The notes below the pieces were generated by a model. The model made no database searches. It was given only the letters and a program-made list of their open reading frames with translations, and was not told the origin of the DNA. Shown here piece by piece: positions 31,130-41,920 of a stretch of DNA of 64,000 nucleotides. Location of the stretch: assembly GCA_040285745.1 (NCBI GenBank), contig JAUFOR010000008.1:1674001-1738000 (forward strand). Reading direction: 5' to 3'. Numbering within the stretch: position 1 is the first letter of the stretch; every line of letters begins with the position of its first letter. Origin of the DNA: Barthelona sp. PCE (taxonomy: Eukaryota). The translations under genes and the position numbers were made by a program.

Positions 31130-34100
31130 TTACTCCTCGATGATCTCCATCTTTTCCAATTGGCGCTGATGCTTAAGTGTAAGTTGTCCTACTGCATGAT
31201 CGATAGAAAGCTGCTTAGACATTACTCTGCGCAGCAAGCGATCCCTCTCAGTCTTCAATGCCTCAATTTCCTCCTCTCTGTCCAAAACAAGACGCTCCTT
31301 TGCTGCTACACCGTCTCTCAGCTTTGAGATTCGATCTCTATGCTTCATGGACCGCTTCTGCCACCGCACACATCGCATCCAAAGTTTCATTGGATCAAGT
31401 GTGCTTGGATCTGGAACGTTTTCAATGTCAAAATCGTCATTCTTTGTGTTGTTATCGTTGACAAGGCGCTCAATTTGTTCAGTTTTCTCCTTGATCTCGA
31501 CCTTCAGCTTCTTGATGGTTTTTCGAAGAGAACTAATTCCGTTTGCACGCTTCTGTGCACGCTCAAGGTCACTCTCCTTCTGTCTGAGGTTACTTCTTAG
31601 TCGCATAACCTCATCATCGCTTACATTTGAAGTCGGTTCAGTACTATTTCTGAGCTTCCTGCGCAACTTCTTCACCTCTTTCTTCGCCTCAGACAAGCTA
31701 TCGCGGGCTGCAACAAGCTCGTCTGCCAGGTTTCCGTACTTATCCCGTGTTGTGCTGACAATGATTCCGAGATCTTCGTTCTCCTTTCGAATTCTACTGA
31801 GCTCTGCCTTCAATGTAGAAACGATGCCTGATTCACCAATAGAATCCAGCGCATCCTGGTTACTTGTTGTCCGCCTCAGTCTCAGTATCTCTGTATTCTT
31901 ATCTTGCATCTCTTCGTCCAACTCCTTAACTCTCTTTGCCAAATATGCTGTTCGCGCAATCTGTTCGCGCAGGGCTGTCCTAACAGAAGCGCTTATTTGT
32001 TGTCCTGGATCTGATGTCTGCCGCACTCTGTTACGCTCTTCAAGGCTTGTTATCTGACTCTCCAGCACTCTCTTCTCCTGGTTACGCTCTTCCAGCAGTC
32101 GCTCGAACTTATCTCGCAGAGTCTGTGCCATTGCCTTGTATCCTTCAATGGTTCTTTGGGTTTCGAGCTGCTCAATACGCTCTTTGTCCTCGTTCTTGTC
32201 TGCCTCGAAGCGCTCTTCAACCGCCATTGGTGCACGGACACTATTGACGTAAGATTGATCCTTTATGGCAGTGTACTGAGACATTAGCTCAGAAAACTGC
32301 TGATTGCGCGAGATAAGTGCCTCTCTCAGAGTACGCACCTCCTCCTCGAGGCCTGCGCTGCTACTGAACAGCTTCTGGTACTTAGCCTTCAGGTCGATCA
32401 GTTCGATACCGGTGTTGAGCCAATTCTTTATCTCATCGACGATCTCAATGCTGCCGCTCTCGTTGAGCACAGCAATTTGACCATGTGCGCTAAATCGTGA
32501 TATCTGTGACTCAATCTCGCCGACAAGCTTTCGTAGCTCTAAATGAGCCGACCCAAAGTCGTCCTTCTCGACTAGCGTATCGATGCGCCTGAGTGTCTCG
32601 CTCACTGTAACTGTGTATGTGTCTCTGTCTTGTAACAGGCTCAAAAGAAGGTTGAGGATAGAACGCACACGATCATTGTCTGAGTCACGCTTGCCCTTCA
32701 AATAGCTCACGTTCCGCTCGAGATCCTGAATCTGAACAGTGCACATTGCAAGTGCGCTCTTGTCCTGTGGGATATCGTCAACGTTGAATTCAACGCGATC
32801 AACAGCGCCGTCCAAAATCTCCAGTTGGCCTGTTAACTGGCCATTTCTGCGAGTGAACGACTCATTTAACTCCTCCAGGCGTGTAAACGTAACCTCCTGC
32901 TCCTGGTCCATCATTGAAACAAGCACCTTACGCAGAGAAACATAACGCTCCTCCCATGACATCAGCATCGTATCACTAAAGGAAACGCGTTGCCTGACAA
33001 AGTCCTCCAGAGTTATGACAAGGCGCCTCAGTGTCGTAAAGCGATCAGCCATCACCTTGATCAAAGCATCTCTATCCTGCAACATGAATCTGAACTCGGC
33101 CGCCTTGCCTTTGGCATCTGCGAACGCGACTTCATCGTCAGTCGCCCCGGAAACGTATGCAGCAACCTGTTCTGTTAAGGACTGGACTTCAGCCTTTGAA
33201 GTAACCAGCTCCTCCTTGAGAGCAACAACACGCTGCTCGTTCTTCTCGTCGAGATCAATGATGATCTCGCCAGTGTCCGGCACAAAGCGTATTGTACTGA
33301 TATTCTCCAGCTCCGAAGCGCGGTGGCTGAAGACCTGGGTAAAGAAGTTGACTGCAAGGGTATGGTTCTGGCGATTGAGAGCATCATACTTATCCTGAAG
33401 GACTTCATACTTACCCTTCAGCAAAGTGTTCTCCTTGCGCACAGTTAGATAGCGCTGCATGATCTTGAGCATCGTCGGATCATCAAGTTTAAATCCTGAC
33501 AGAAGTGATGAACTCACGACGCTCGTTTTCATGTTATTCTTCAACTGGGATCTGAGCGCTGCATTGTCAGCTTCTAAGCGCTCCATAGCTCCATCGGAGG
33601 CTGCTTCGACCGCACTTATAACAATTGAATTATCTCTCCTCAACGTATTGAGAACATGGTCTTTCTGGTGTTGTGAGCACACCGCTAGCAGTTTGCTGTC
33701 CAGTTTGGCCACGCCGCGTTGGCTTACAAAGAAAAGCGCAGTAGCAACCATGTGTAAATCCTTAGTAACGTTTCTGAGTTTTGTTGTGAGTGTATAGTCC
33801 TCGTTACTGATCTTATCGGTGTCTATCTCACCGACAAACGCTTCTCCGCCAATCATACCAATAATCTCGGTCTCTGACAACCCTGCCAGAACACCAACCT
33901 CAAAGAACTTCTTGTGTAAGAACCCAAGTCGTGCGCGAAGTTTGGAAGACATCTCCCTAAACTCCGTGTTTTCCTGTACAAGTCTAAAGTTCTCGTACTC
34001 AATACCCTCCTTGACAAGGCCCTCAATCCGAAGTTCCTTTGGTACAATAATATTTTGGGCTTGCAACCAATAATAAAGCTCGCCCAGTTTATCATACAAC

Positions 34101-35296
34101 CAGTTAAGCTCATGCCTGGTTTCGTTCAGCTTCTCACTCCGCAACCTGAGCTGGTTACTTCTTTCCAACAAATCGTGAGCCAATCTCTCCTTGTCGATAT
34201 CACCTGCCAACAAATCGTTAAGTTCCTTCTCAAGGACCTTGTTGTCCTTCTCCCGTTCGACAAACGCAAGCTCCGCTGACTTGAGCTCTTGTTGCATCAC
34301 TTCAATCTTTGATTCACGTTGCAGAAGCTCCTCCTCGAGATTAGTGATCTTTGTGAGGTGCTGCTTGACATCCGCTCGTTCTGAAGCGATTGCCAGCTGC
34401 TTCTTAAGCCGTGCGTTCTCAACCTGAACCTGCTTATGGTCTATTTCAAGCGCGTCGAACGAATATTCATAACGCTCAGCCAATGATCGAGCAGCATCCA
34501 GTTCAAGTAAACCGAACTTCATGGAGCTGATCTGCTCGTCCTTCTCATAGATTGTGTCACGTAAAGCTTTTATGCTATCATCTTTTGCTCGCATTATCGC
34601 ATCAAACTCCTCCTCCTTTTTTTGTATTTCCAACTCAGGGTTCAGAGTCTCCAGCTCCTCGTCGCGTTTGTGTAGCCTATTGCGGAGAACAACAAGCTTT
34701 TCATTCAAGTGCTGAAGCAACTGCCTGCTCTCAATAAGTTCTGTTTCTAATCGCAAGCTCTCCTCTTCTTTTTCTATTGCCAGCTCGCGTAAACTGGTGA
34801 TCTCTCCTTTTTGATTGTCAAGAACACGGTCGTTCTGATCATATCTATTCTCAAGCTTATTGATCTCCTTCATTTTGCGATTCATTTTGAGATTCATCTG
34901 CTTGATGGTCTCTGCTTGCTCCTGTAGCTTCTTGGCAAGCAGTGCCTTCTCATTCTCGGAGCTAGCTTGTGCTTTCTTCAGACTGCGCATCTGTGCTTGA
35001 AGTTGTCGGGTCTGTGCAGACTCTTGAGTTGCAACCTTCGTTAGCTGCTCCTTCAATGTGAGCGTTTCGTTCGTCCGCGTGCGTAGTTCGTCCTGACTAC
35101 GGTCTAATTTCTGCTTGAGTTGCAGAACTTCGTCTTGCAGGTCTTCTATCCGCCTTGAGTGCTGCATGCGGTCGTGAGTAGCGCCCGATACACCACCTAC
35201 TGGTGTGTAACTGCTTCCAACACCCATAACTTCTCCATCAAGGTTGTTTAAATCCTCTTCCGAGTAGTAATCGGAATACTCGTCTTCTGGATCCAT
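31130..35296 (-). CDS. Long coiled-coil protein, CEP290-like (ciliary transition zone)
   Basis: About 1390 aa of coiled coil from MDPEDEY; segments such as VRWQKRSMKHRDRISKLRD resemble CEP290. Confidence 0.5.
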   Translation of the reverse strand: MDPEDEYSDYYSEEDLNNLDGEVMGVGSSYTPVGGVSGATHDRMQHSRRIEDLQDEVLQLKQKLDRSQDELRTRTNETLTLKEQLTKVATQESAQTRQLQAQMRSLKKAQASSENEKALLAKKLQEQAETIKQMNLKMNRKMKEINKLENRYDQNDRVLDNQKGEITSLRELAIEKEEESLRLETELIESRQLLQHLNEKLVVLRNRLHKRDEELETLNPELEIQKKEEEFDAIMRAKDDSIKALRDTIYEKDEQISSMKFGLLELDAARSLAERYEYSFDALEIDHKQVQVENARLKKQLAIASERADVKQHLTKITNLEEELLQRESKIEVMQQELKSAELAFVEREKDNKVLEKELNDLLAGDIDKERLAHDLLERSNQLRLRSEKLNETRHELNWLYDKLGELYYWLQAQNIIVPKELRIEGLVKEGIEYENFRLVQENTEFREMSSKLRARLGFLHKKFFEVGVLAGLSETEIIGMIGGEAFVGEIDTDKISNEDYTLTTKLRNVTKDLHMVATALFFVSQRGVAKLDSKLLAVCSQHQKDHVLNTLRRDNSIVISAVEAASDGAMERLEADNAALRSQLKNNMKTSVVSSSLLSGFKLDDPTMLKIMQRYLTVRKENTLLKGKYEVLQDKYDALNRQNHTLAVNFFTQVFSHRASELENISTIRFVPDTGEIIIDLDEKNEQRVVALKEELVTSKAEVQSLTEQVAAYVSGATDDEVAFADAKGKAAEFRFMLQDRDALIKVMADRFTTLRRLVITLEDFVRQRVSFSDTMLMSWEERYVSLRKVLVSMMDQEQEVTFTRLEELNESFTRRNGQLTGQLEILDGAVDRVEFNVDDIPQDKSALAMCTVQIQDLERNVSYLKGKRDSDNDRVRSILNLLLSLLQDRDTYTVTVSETLRRIDTLVEKDDFGSAHLELRKLVGEIESQISRFSAHGQIAVLNESGSIEIVDEIKNWLNTGIELIDLKAKYQKLFSSSAGLEEEVRTLREALISRNQQFSELMSQYTAIKDQSYVNSVRAPMAVEERFEADKNEDKERIEQLETQRTIEGYKAMAQTLRDKFERLLEERNQEKRVLESQITSLEERNRVRQTSDPGQQISASVRTALREQIARTAYLAKRVKELDEEMQDKNTEILRLRRTTSNQDALDSIGESGIVSTLKAELSRIRKENEDLGIIVSTTRDKYGNLADELVAARDSLSEAKKEVKKLRRKLRNSTEPTSNVSDDEVMRLRSNLRQKESDLERAQKRANGISSLRKTIKKLKVEIKEKTEQIERLVNDNNTKNDDFDIENVPDPSTLDPMKLWMRCVRWQKRSMKHRDRISKLRDGVAAKERLVLDREEEIEALKTERDRLLRRVMSKQLSIDHAVGQLTLKHQRQLEKMEIIEE

Positions 35297-35612
35297 TTTT
35301 GCCCCCTGTGTGTTCTTTAAAAAAGGTGGGGTGCTTTGAAACGGAAAAAAGTTGAATAACACTGCATTTTTTATTGTTTTTGAAAATTAGTATCGTTGCA
35401 CTGGGAACCGTTGCAAATATAAACTCTGCTAATAAAAGCATTGTCCTGAAATATGCTGTACAAACGACTGCGCGAAAACTGCAGGCAGCACTTCAGCTCA
35501 TTCTGTTTTGTTTGTGTCGTTCTATGAATCGTGTCCTGTGTGGTGAATTGATTTCTTAACCTGAAATGCTGTGAATGATGACCTGCAAGAAATTGCTTCT
35601 TTAACACAATAT

Positions 35613-35819
35613 ATGAATCCATTAATCGAAGAATTACAACGCCAGATGGTGCTGCATCGTGTGTTCAGCGGCTTCAACACAAACATCTCCAAACTCTGTG
35701 CTCCGGAAAAAATTTCCCCAAAAAAAAATGATGGTGAGGTTGCATTGTCAATTTTTCAAAAGGTGTTGAACTGCGCTGACATCCAGATTGCGCACGCGAG
35801 CCTGCGCTCAGTATCCTGA
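35613..35819 (+). CDS. Possible small hypothetical protein
   Basis: ATG 35613 opens a 68-aa ORF in an intergenic gap; no motif. Confidence 0.2.
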   Translation: MNPLIEELQRQMVLHRVFSGFNTNISKLCAPEKISPKKNDGEVALSIFQKVLNCADIQIAHASLRSVS

Positions 35820-35968
35820 TAAAGCCCCAAACGGTGCAAGTTTCGGTAAAAAAAGTTTGTGTTGAAAACTTTTTTTTTTTCAGAAATATTTATAATTTAA
35901 CCAAATTCTGCTAATTATAATCGTATAGTTTTGACCATAATGGTGTTTTATTTATTTGACATAATAAT

Positions 35969-36586
35969 TCACTGACTAGAATCCCTTATACTAATGAGCT
36001 TCTCTTGTACTCTACGCATTCCCTCTTGAGGTGTCGTCTCATAAAGTTTATCAACCGGAACCCACTCTATGCCATCAATTTCCTCCACTTGACGTTCCAA
36101 ATTGGTAGAGATATCAACTCGAGCAAGATAACGAATGTCAAAATGAAAATGATCTGGGTTGACCTCAACACCATTTTTTACCTTCCTTGGAAAGAGGTGG
36201 ATGTCCACATCGAACGGTAAAGGTTCTATCTCAAAAGTTTCGATTCCAGTTTCCTCTGATAATTCGCGTTTTCCTGCTTCAATAAAGGATGTGTCACCGT
36301 CTTCAATGTGTCCACCTGGCTGTAGTTTCATCTGCAACTTCTTATGATGAATTAAAAGAACAGAATTCAACTCCTTATCACAAACGAAAACTGAAGTAGT
36401 AAAATGTCCTGGATCAAAATGGAGACGATTCCATGAGTTTTCCCGGTTATTTTCCCACAATTCAAGCATCTTTGTCTTGTCACTGCAATCATCAATGTTA
36501 ACCAGGGCTCTACAAATGTCAAACCCAATATCGTTATTTTCACCAACATATACGGCCATGCGTTCGTTACTTTTGTTATTTTCCAT
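35969..36586 (-). CDS. Nudix hydrolase
   Basis: Nudix box GGHIEDGDTSFIEAGKRELSEETGI; GHFT, DVDIH, HFHFDIRY. Confidence 0.92.
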   Translation of the reverse strand: MENNKSNERMAVYVGENNDIGFDICRALVNIDDCSDKTKMLELWENNRENSWNRLHFDPGHFTTSVFVCDKELNSVLLIHHKKLQMKLQPGGHIEDGDTSFIEAGKRELSEETGIETFEIEPLPFDVDIHLFPRKVKNGVEVNPDHFHFDIRYLARVDISTNLERQVEEIDGIEWVPVDKLYETTPQEGMRRVQEKLISIRDSSQ

Positions 36587-36777
36587 TGCAAAAAACTAAA
36601 AATAAGGAAAAATAAAGAAAATGCAACCTGTTTTACCTATCTGCCGGCTTTTCAGCAACCGCCTGCAAGATTCCGCTATCAAAGCCGAGTTTATTCACAC
36701 ATCCTTCCTTTGTTTGCGTTTTTTTGCACAATACATCTTTTTTTGTTTTTTTGTAGCCTTAAAAGCCTAATTTTATA

Positions 36778-38466
36778 ATGCAGAGTGCAGAAGTTGATCT
36801 GGGTCCATTTTTTAGACTGGGAATCGATGCCATCAGGGATATATACGATGAAACAGAGAAAAACCAAAACATCAAGGAAGTCATTCTGAATCACTTTGAT
36901 GAAAACATAGACGCAGCTGATGTTTCGACCATAATCGATGCGATTGTTATTCTCATTCGTATTTCGACGGATTTTGACCACTTTCTGACTTTAACCGAAC
37001 CCTACCATGATTTTATTAGCAAAATTATGAATGGAAGAGTGTCTCCGCCCACAAAGCTACCCGCCCATAATGATGTACAAGAATCTATTTCGAAACCAAG
37101 ACGTAGAGTGCAAGCCTTAAAGGAAAAACCAACTACGTTTTTAGATAGCATAGATTCTATGCCAACAAGTGAAACTGTCCGGAAAAGAGTACGTGCAGCA
37201 CTTAGAAACCCTAATAATAGACTATTTTCTTTTTGTGAGTTTTTTTATCCAGATATAGATGTTCTCCATTACTTTTCATCTGATTTTGTGATACAGGTAA
37301 ACGAATTGGACCCCATACTGCCGTACATCAAGCTGAACAGGCTTGAATGGGCTGTTGTTAAGAATCAACTAGGTCGAATGAGGCGTTTTACAAACAACTT
37401 GATCACCGGAGAACTGGCTGCGATCAAGGAATACAGAGATGTGATACGTGCAAAGCAGGAATCTATTCAATCATTACCAGGTTTTTCACGCTTCCTGACT
37501 CCACCCCCTTTACTACAGGTGGGCACACTTGTATTAGCAATCCATCCCACGACTCAGGAGCCGACCCCTGGCTTTGTGATCTCTGACCCTCTCAATCACC
37601 ACTATAAGATAAGGTTCTATGATGGTGTAGTTGATCCAGTCGTTGACCATCAGATTATGAGCGCACATTCTGTCGCCGAATCCCTCTCACGTATTGGAGA
37701 GATTAACAGAAAGCAGTATGCGACGTATTTATGTGAGAACTCCCGAACAACCCCGATTAGGCCAACCTTCAAAAGATACATGCCAGCTGTGGAGAGCACC
37801 ACTTCTTTGGATACTCAAAACATTGTGGAGAAATTAGGCAAGGTGCAGTATTTATTGCGGTTAAAGAAAGAAGCTCTAGATGCTATTGATGCGTTAGTTG
37901 CAATGAAGTCTATAGCTACTGCAGAGGAAAGTCATTGCATAAACTGCAAAATAGCTTGGATATTCAGCGATATCGTTGGTGGCATAAATAACGCGCTTTT
38001 TAGAACTGATATGGGGCAATTAGTGGCCCAGAGTGATGAAGCAAGTGTAATGAATTCTTTATCACAACGTCTCCACTACACCGCGGTTGATATAGACAGT
38101 AGCGTCCAGAAGGCAGTTGCAGATAACTTCAGTGTTGGTGCATGTTCCTTCTTTGCATTGTGCGATGAAGTCCTTCGCTGGCGTAATCATTTTTTAATCA
38201 ACGTTGATTTGTGCACAAGTGAACATTATCGCAGGACACTCATCCATTACCAGCAGCAGAAGAAGTCAGCGTTCATCGAGGCTGTGATACGATGCTTTGT
38301 GCTTGTCCAACAGATTGCTTTTGTCCCTCTTCTACAGTATGAAAGTGAGCTGGTCTTGGTGTGTGTGCTGGGTGATTTGGAGACGCTATGCGACACCGAT
38401 CCTCTCAAGGAGCAGTTTTCCAAGTTTCAAGCAATCATTCGCAGTCTAGTTCTATCTTTGTACTAA
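36778..38466 (+). CDS. LIN9: LIN-9/ALWAYS EARLY homolog (DIRP plus Tudor-like)
   Basis: CEFFYPDID, KLNRLEW..VKNQLGRMRRF, followed by PLLQVGTLVLAIHP. Confidence 0.8.
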   Translation: MQSAEVDLGPFFRLGIDAIRDIYDETEKNQNIKEVILNHFDENIDAADVSTIIDAIVILIRISTDFDHFLTLTEPYHDFISKIMNGRVSPPTKLPAHNDVQESISKPRRRVQALKEKPTTFLDSIDSMPTSETVRKRVRAALRNPNNRLFSFCEFFYPDIDVLHYFSSDFVIQVNELDPILPYIKLNRLEWAVVKNQLGRMRRFTNNLITGELAAIKEYRDVIRAKQESIQSLPGFSRFLTPPPLLQVGTLVLAIHPTTQEPTPGFVISDPLNHHYKIRFYDGVVDPVVDHQIMSAHSVAESLSRIGEINRKQYATYLCENSRTTPIRPTFKRYMPAVESTTSLDTQNIVEKLGKVQYLLRLKKEALDAIDALVAMKSIATAEESHCINCKIAWIFSDIVGGINNALFRTDMGQLVAQSDEASVMNSLSQRLHYTAVDIDSSVQKAVADNFSVGACSFFALCDEVLRWRNHFLINVDLCTSEHYRRTLIHYQQQKKSAFIEAVIRCFVLVQQIAFVPLLQYESELVLVCVLGDLETLCDTDPLKEQFSKFQAIIRSLVLSLY

Positions 38467-38930
38467 ACCAAATTTATTGATTGTAGTTGACATATAACTT
38501 TGCTCTGACTATCGACTGAGATCGTGAACGATGGCTTGCGAAGGTTCAACTCACTGACGCGATGCAGTATGTGATTGAGATCAGAGCTTGATCGAAGTTT
38601 GTAAGTTTTTTCACATAAAACTGTCTTTCTATTGTATTTTTCATGCTCAATGACCTGATTTATAGGTTTTATATATATTTTCTCCCATAATTTCCACTTG
38701 AAAAGATCATTGATTAGCGTTCGCTTTTGTGCTAGTAAATTAACTTTTTGTTTCTTTTTTTCCACACTATTAATGTTGTGTTTCGTTCTTTTAACCTGCC
38801 TTTTCTTTAAAGTTCGTAAATGGAAAAACGATTCAGCAGTATTGAAACAACCTGCTTTCAGATCTGACGGCTTAGTTCTCTTACGAAGTTTCTGAGCCCT
38901 TACAGATGCTTGTGCATCTATTAGATTCAT
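38463..38930 (-). CDS. Hypothetical basic protein
   Basis: Lys/Arg-rich ORF from ATG 38930 (MNLIDAQ); its stop overlaps the LIN9 stop. Confidence 0.45.
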   Translation of the reverse strand: MNLIDAQASVRAQKLRKRTKPSDLKAGCFNTAESFFHLRTLKKRQVKRTKHNINSVEKKKQKVNLLAQKRTLINDLFKWKLWEKIYIKPINQVIEHEKYNRKTVLCEKTYKLRSSSDLNHILHRVSELNLRKPSFTISVDSQSKVICQLQSINLV

Positions 38931-39262
38931 TATGGAATCGCAGCAGGATAATGGAACACGAATTGAAAGAAGAAAATGGAAACAAACCGGAATTTCATAT
39001 TTTAAGTATGTGATGCTGTAAACCTTGCTTCCAGTACATTTTAAGCCGTACATACGCAATTAAAAGTGAAACAAGTTACATACGTAATTTTAACCAATTT
39101 CATGTTTTCTTACCACAAAAGGGTGTGCTCTGAGACACTCAATCATATTGAATGGGGCTTTTTTGAAGTCGGGGGGAAATTTTTAGAAGCTTTTTTTTCT
39201 TTTGAATCTGCTCATGAATCTTCTTTTTTTACCTTAAACAAGGTGTTTGAATATTAATCATA

Positions 39263-40345
39263 ATGCGTATACTAGTTTGTATGATGAGTGCACGTGGAAA
39301 CGTGAACACTATCATTGATTACGTCTTCCCCATGACCGAACATGAGATCCACATATGTTTGGATGGCACAGAGTTTGCCGAACAAGCTCAAGCCGGTGGG
39401 TATGAAGTCTTTATTGTGGATTATTTCACTGTTTCAGATGATCAATTAAGAATGGCCCTTGAAGCCAATACAGACTCTATTAAATTGGTTCAGACTCAGA
39501 TCTGCGGCACTGGAGGCCACCCACGCGTAGTGAAGGAAGTTGCTCCACATTGTATCTACGCTAACAATCACAGTAATGCCACAAACGTAGCCTACAATGG
39601 CATTTCCATGTTATTTGCATTGGCAGCACGCACAGTATTCAGCGACCGATCAGTCAAAACCGGAAAATGGCAGCGAGGTCTGTACGACTTCCCATCATAT
39701 GATCTGCGAGGCAAGACAATCGGATTTCTGGGTCTTGGCAACATAGCCTCAGAAGCATCTAAGTTGCTTTCAGGGTTACGCCATCACGGCGGTAAGTTCA
39801 TTGGGTATCGCAGAACCAATAAGCCATGTGATTTCGTTGATGAAGTATACACTGATATGGATTCGTTTGCTAGTGCTAGTGACGTTGTGTTCTGCACTCT
39901 CCCTTCGACAAACGCAACTCGAGGGCTTGTCGGGCACGAATTCATCAGGAAACTGGGTTCAGGTCTGCTTGTTAACGTGGGTAGAGCAGATGTTGTTGAT
40001 GAGAAAAGTGTTTTTGAACACCTGGTTTCGAAGAGTTTATTAGGTTTTGCCACCGACGTCTTCTGGGATGAGGGCTCACATGAGACCAAGACACTCATAT
40101 CTGCTGAAGATATGGGACTAAAGTTACGACCACACTTCAAACAGTTCATTCAGCAGCAACACACAGGAGCAACTGGCATATTTCCATTCAATTATGACTT
40201 TAGGATCAATAATGTTGTCAGCTCACCACATAGAGCTGATGTCGTTGGTATTGACTCACTAAATGACTTTGTCGTGTTAGAAAACAATATCGAAGCATTA
40301 CAAGAGGGTAAAGAAGTGATGTATCGTGTATACGGTGAGTATTAG
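39263..40345 (+). CDS. D-isomer-specific 2-hydroxyacid dehydrogenase
   Basis: LRGKTIGFLGLGNIA, LP.T.ATRGL, LVNVGR, DVF..E, SPH. Confidence 0.9.
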   Translation: MRILVCMMSARGNVNTIIDYVFPMTEHEIHICLDGTEFAEQAQAGGYEVFIVDYFTVSDDQLRMALEANTDSIKLVQTQICGTGGHPRVVKEVAPHCIYANNHSNATNVAYNGISMLFALAARTVFSDRSVKTGKWQRGLYDFPSYDLRGKTIGFLGLGNIASEASKLLSGLRHHGGKFIGYRRTNKPCDFVDEVYTDMDSFASASDVVFCTLPSTNATRGLVGHEFIRKLGSGLLVNVGRADVVDEKSVFEHLVSKSLLGFATDVFWDEGSHETKTLISAEDMGLKLRPHFKQFIQQQHTGATGIFPFNYDFRINNVVSSPHRADVVGIDSLNDFVVLENNIEALQEGKEVMYRVYGEY

Positions 40346-41069
40346 TGGTATAGTGATTTTAATAAACATATTGATAAAATTTGCATGCAAAAGAGTAAAA
40401 ACAGCTTATTTTCTTGGCTATTCACTTTGTTCCCAATAAATTCGAATATAATTATTTGATTGTTTACTTCAAAAAAGTCTAGAAACAAAAAAAAGTGTAA
40501 ATCATCAGGTTGTCGATTTTATGTATATTTAATGCTTTACTCTGGATATATCTAATGCTTTCTATGTGAATTTGGTATTTATTTTCACTAATTAATTAGG
40601 AAGCAATCAAAAATTTTTAATTTTTTCTTCATGTGTTTTGTTTATTTCACTTTTCCTTAAAGAAATTGGGATGTTCTGATACTAAAATGTTCGGTAATTA
40701 ATTTTCTTGGAATTTTTTTTTGCAGGCAATTAATTTGCAGCATAATTGTCTATATTTTTGAATAGTAATGGACGGAAGAACTTATGATATGCATATAAAG
40801 TAAAGTATAGAGGATTTTATGTGGTTACATTCGGATTTTTTTTCATATATTGGGGTTATAAGTATATTTCGTGCAAATTCTAACTCTAATACTTATTTAA
40901 CCTATGAATTAGCCATTCAGTATTGAAATATGTTGAATTGGATATAATATGTAGTTGATTTTTTGTAGTTGATAAGCAGACGTTAACTCTTCATTTTTGA
41001 AAGAAATGGCGGCTATTCCTAATTACTTGGTGTTTTAGATTCGGGCACGCTTGTGAATAACACGCTATT

Positions 41070-41269
41070 TCGTAGGAGTAAATCTACTGAGGAGTAGACA
41101 CGCGGTCTTCCCTCTTGTACTCTGTGAGTACTTACATCATTTCTTTCTCCCCTTTTTTTTTAAAAAAAGGGGGCTCTAGAACAATTCTCAGTGCAAGCAC
41201 AGCACTCGAGGGAGCTCGCAACTCCCGTACAAGTGTCTAACTCCGAAGTAAATTTACAACCTCCTACGA
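41070..41269. ncRNA. Candidate structured RNA of about 200 nt (family unknown)
   Basis: Long bulged closing helix 41070-41101 with 41233-41269, enclosing three or four internal hairpins. Confidence 0.55.
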
Positions 41270-41920
41270 TCAACAATGAAGAATTTTCAGAACTTCAATC
41301 ACGATTGAAAAACTTATTTATTACTGTTGTTTGCAAATGTATCCGCTATTGAACATGCGAAACCAGTATAAATCATATGTTGTTTTAAATGTAAGTGGAA
41401 AAAGTTACAAAACAACACAGTAAGCATGAAGAAGTTGGTGAGTTAGAATTTAGTTTTAAATCCTTTGTGTCATTGAGCCTTCTACATACCATTAAATATA
41501 GTTTACAGTTCTGAAAAGATTAAACAATTTGTTATCCATTGTATTCGAGACAAAAGTATATGTAACTACTTGAGATATTGAAAAATCAGCAAAAATCAGC
41601 AAAAGAGTCACTGAAATCAATGAATTATTCAAAGTAAATGAACCATTCAAATAATGCAGGGTCGGGCAGTTTCACATTTTTCAAACAAGGGAGACACGCC
41701 CGCCGCACACCTGGAAGTATGGGCGCGATTAAACATGTACCCTACTAAGTTACATGTGGGATGAGAATAAAGGAAAATCTTTGCATATGTGTGATTTATC
41801 GCTTCTTGAGTACTACAAACCCAAGTTCTTACTGGTCGTAGAGCCTTTTCAGATGTGTGGCAATGGTGGTTTGAAGAAGTAGTTATATCCACATAATTGT
41901 TTTCTTTCACTAAAACACAC

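Noticed and set aside
35545-35820. U12-type signals (TTCTTAAC, GTATCCT)
   Set aside because: Wrong order and spacing; they define no intron
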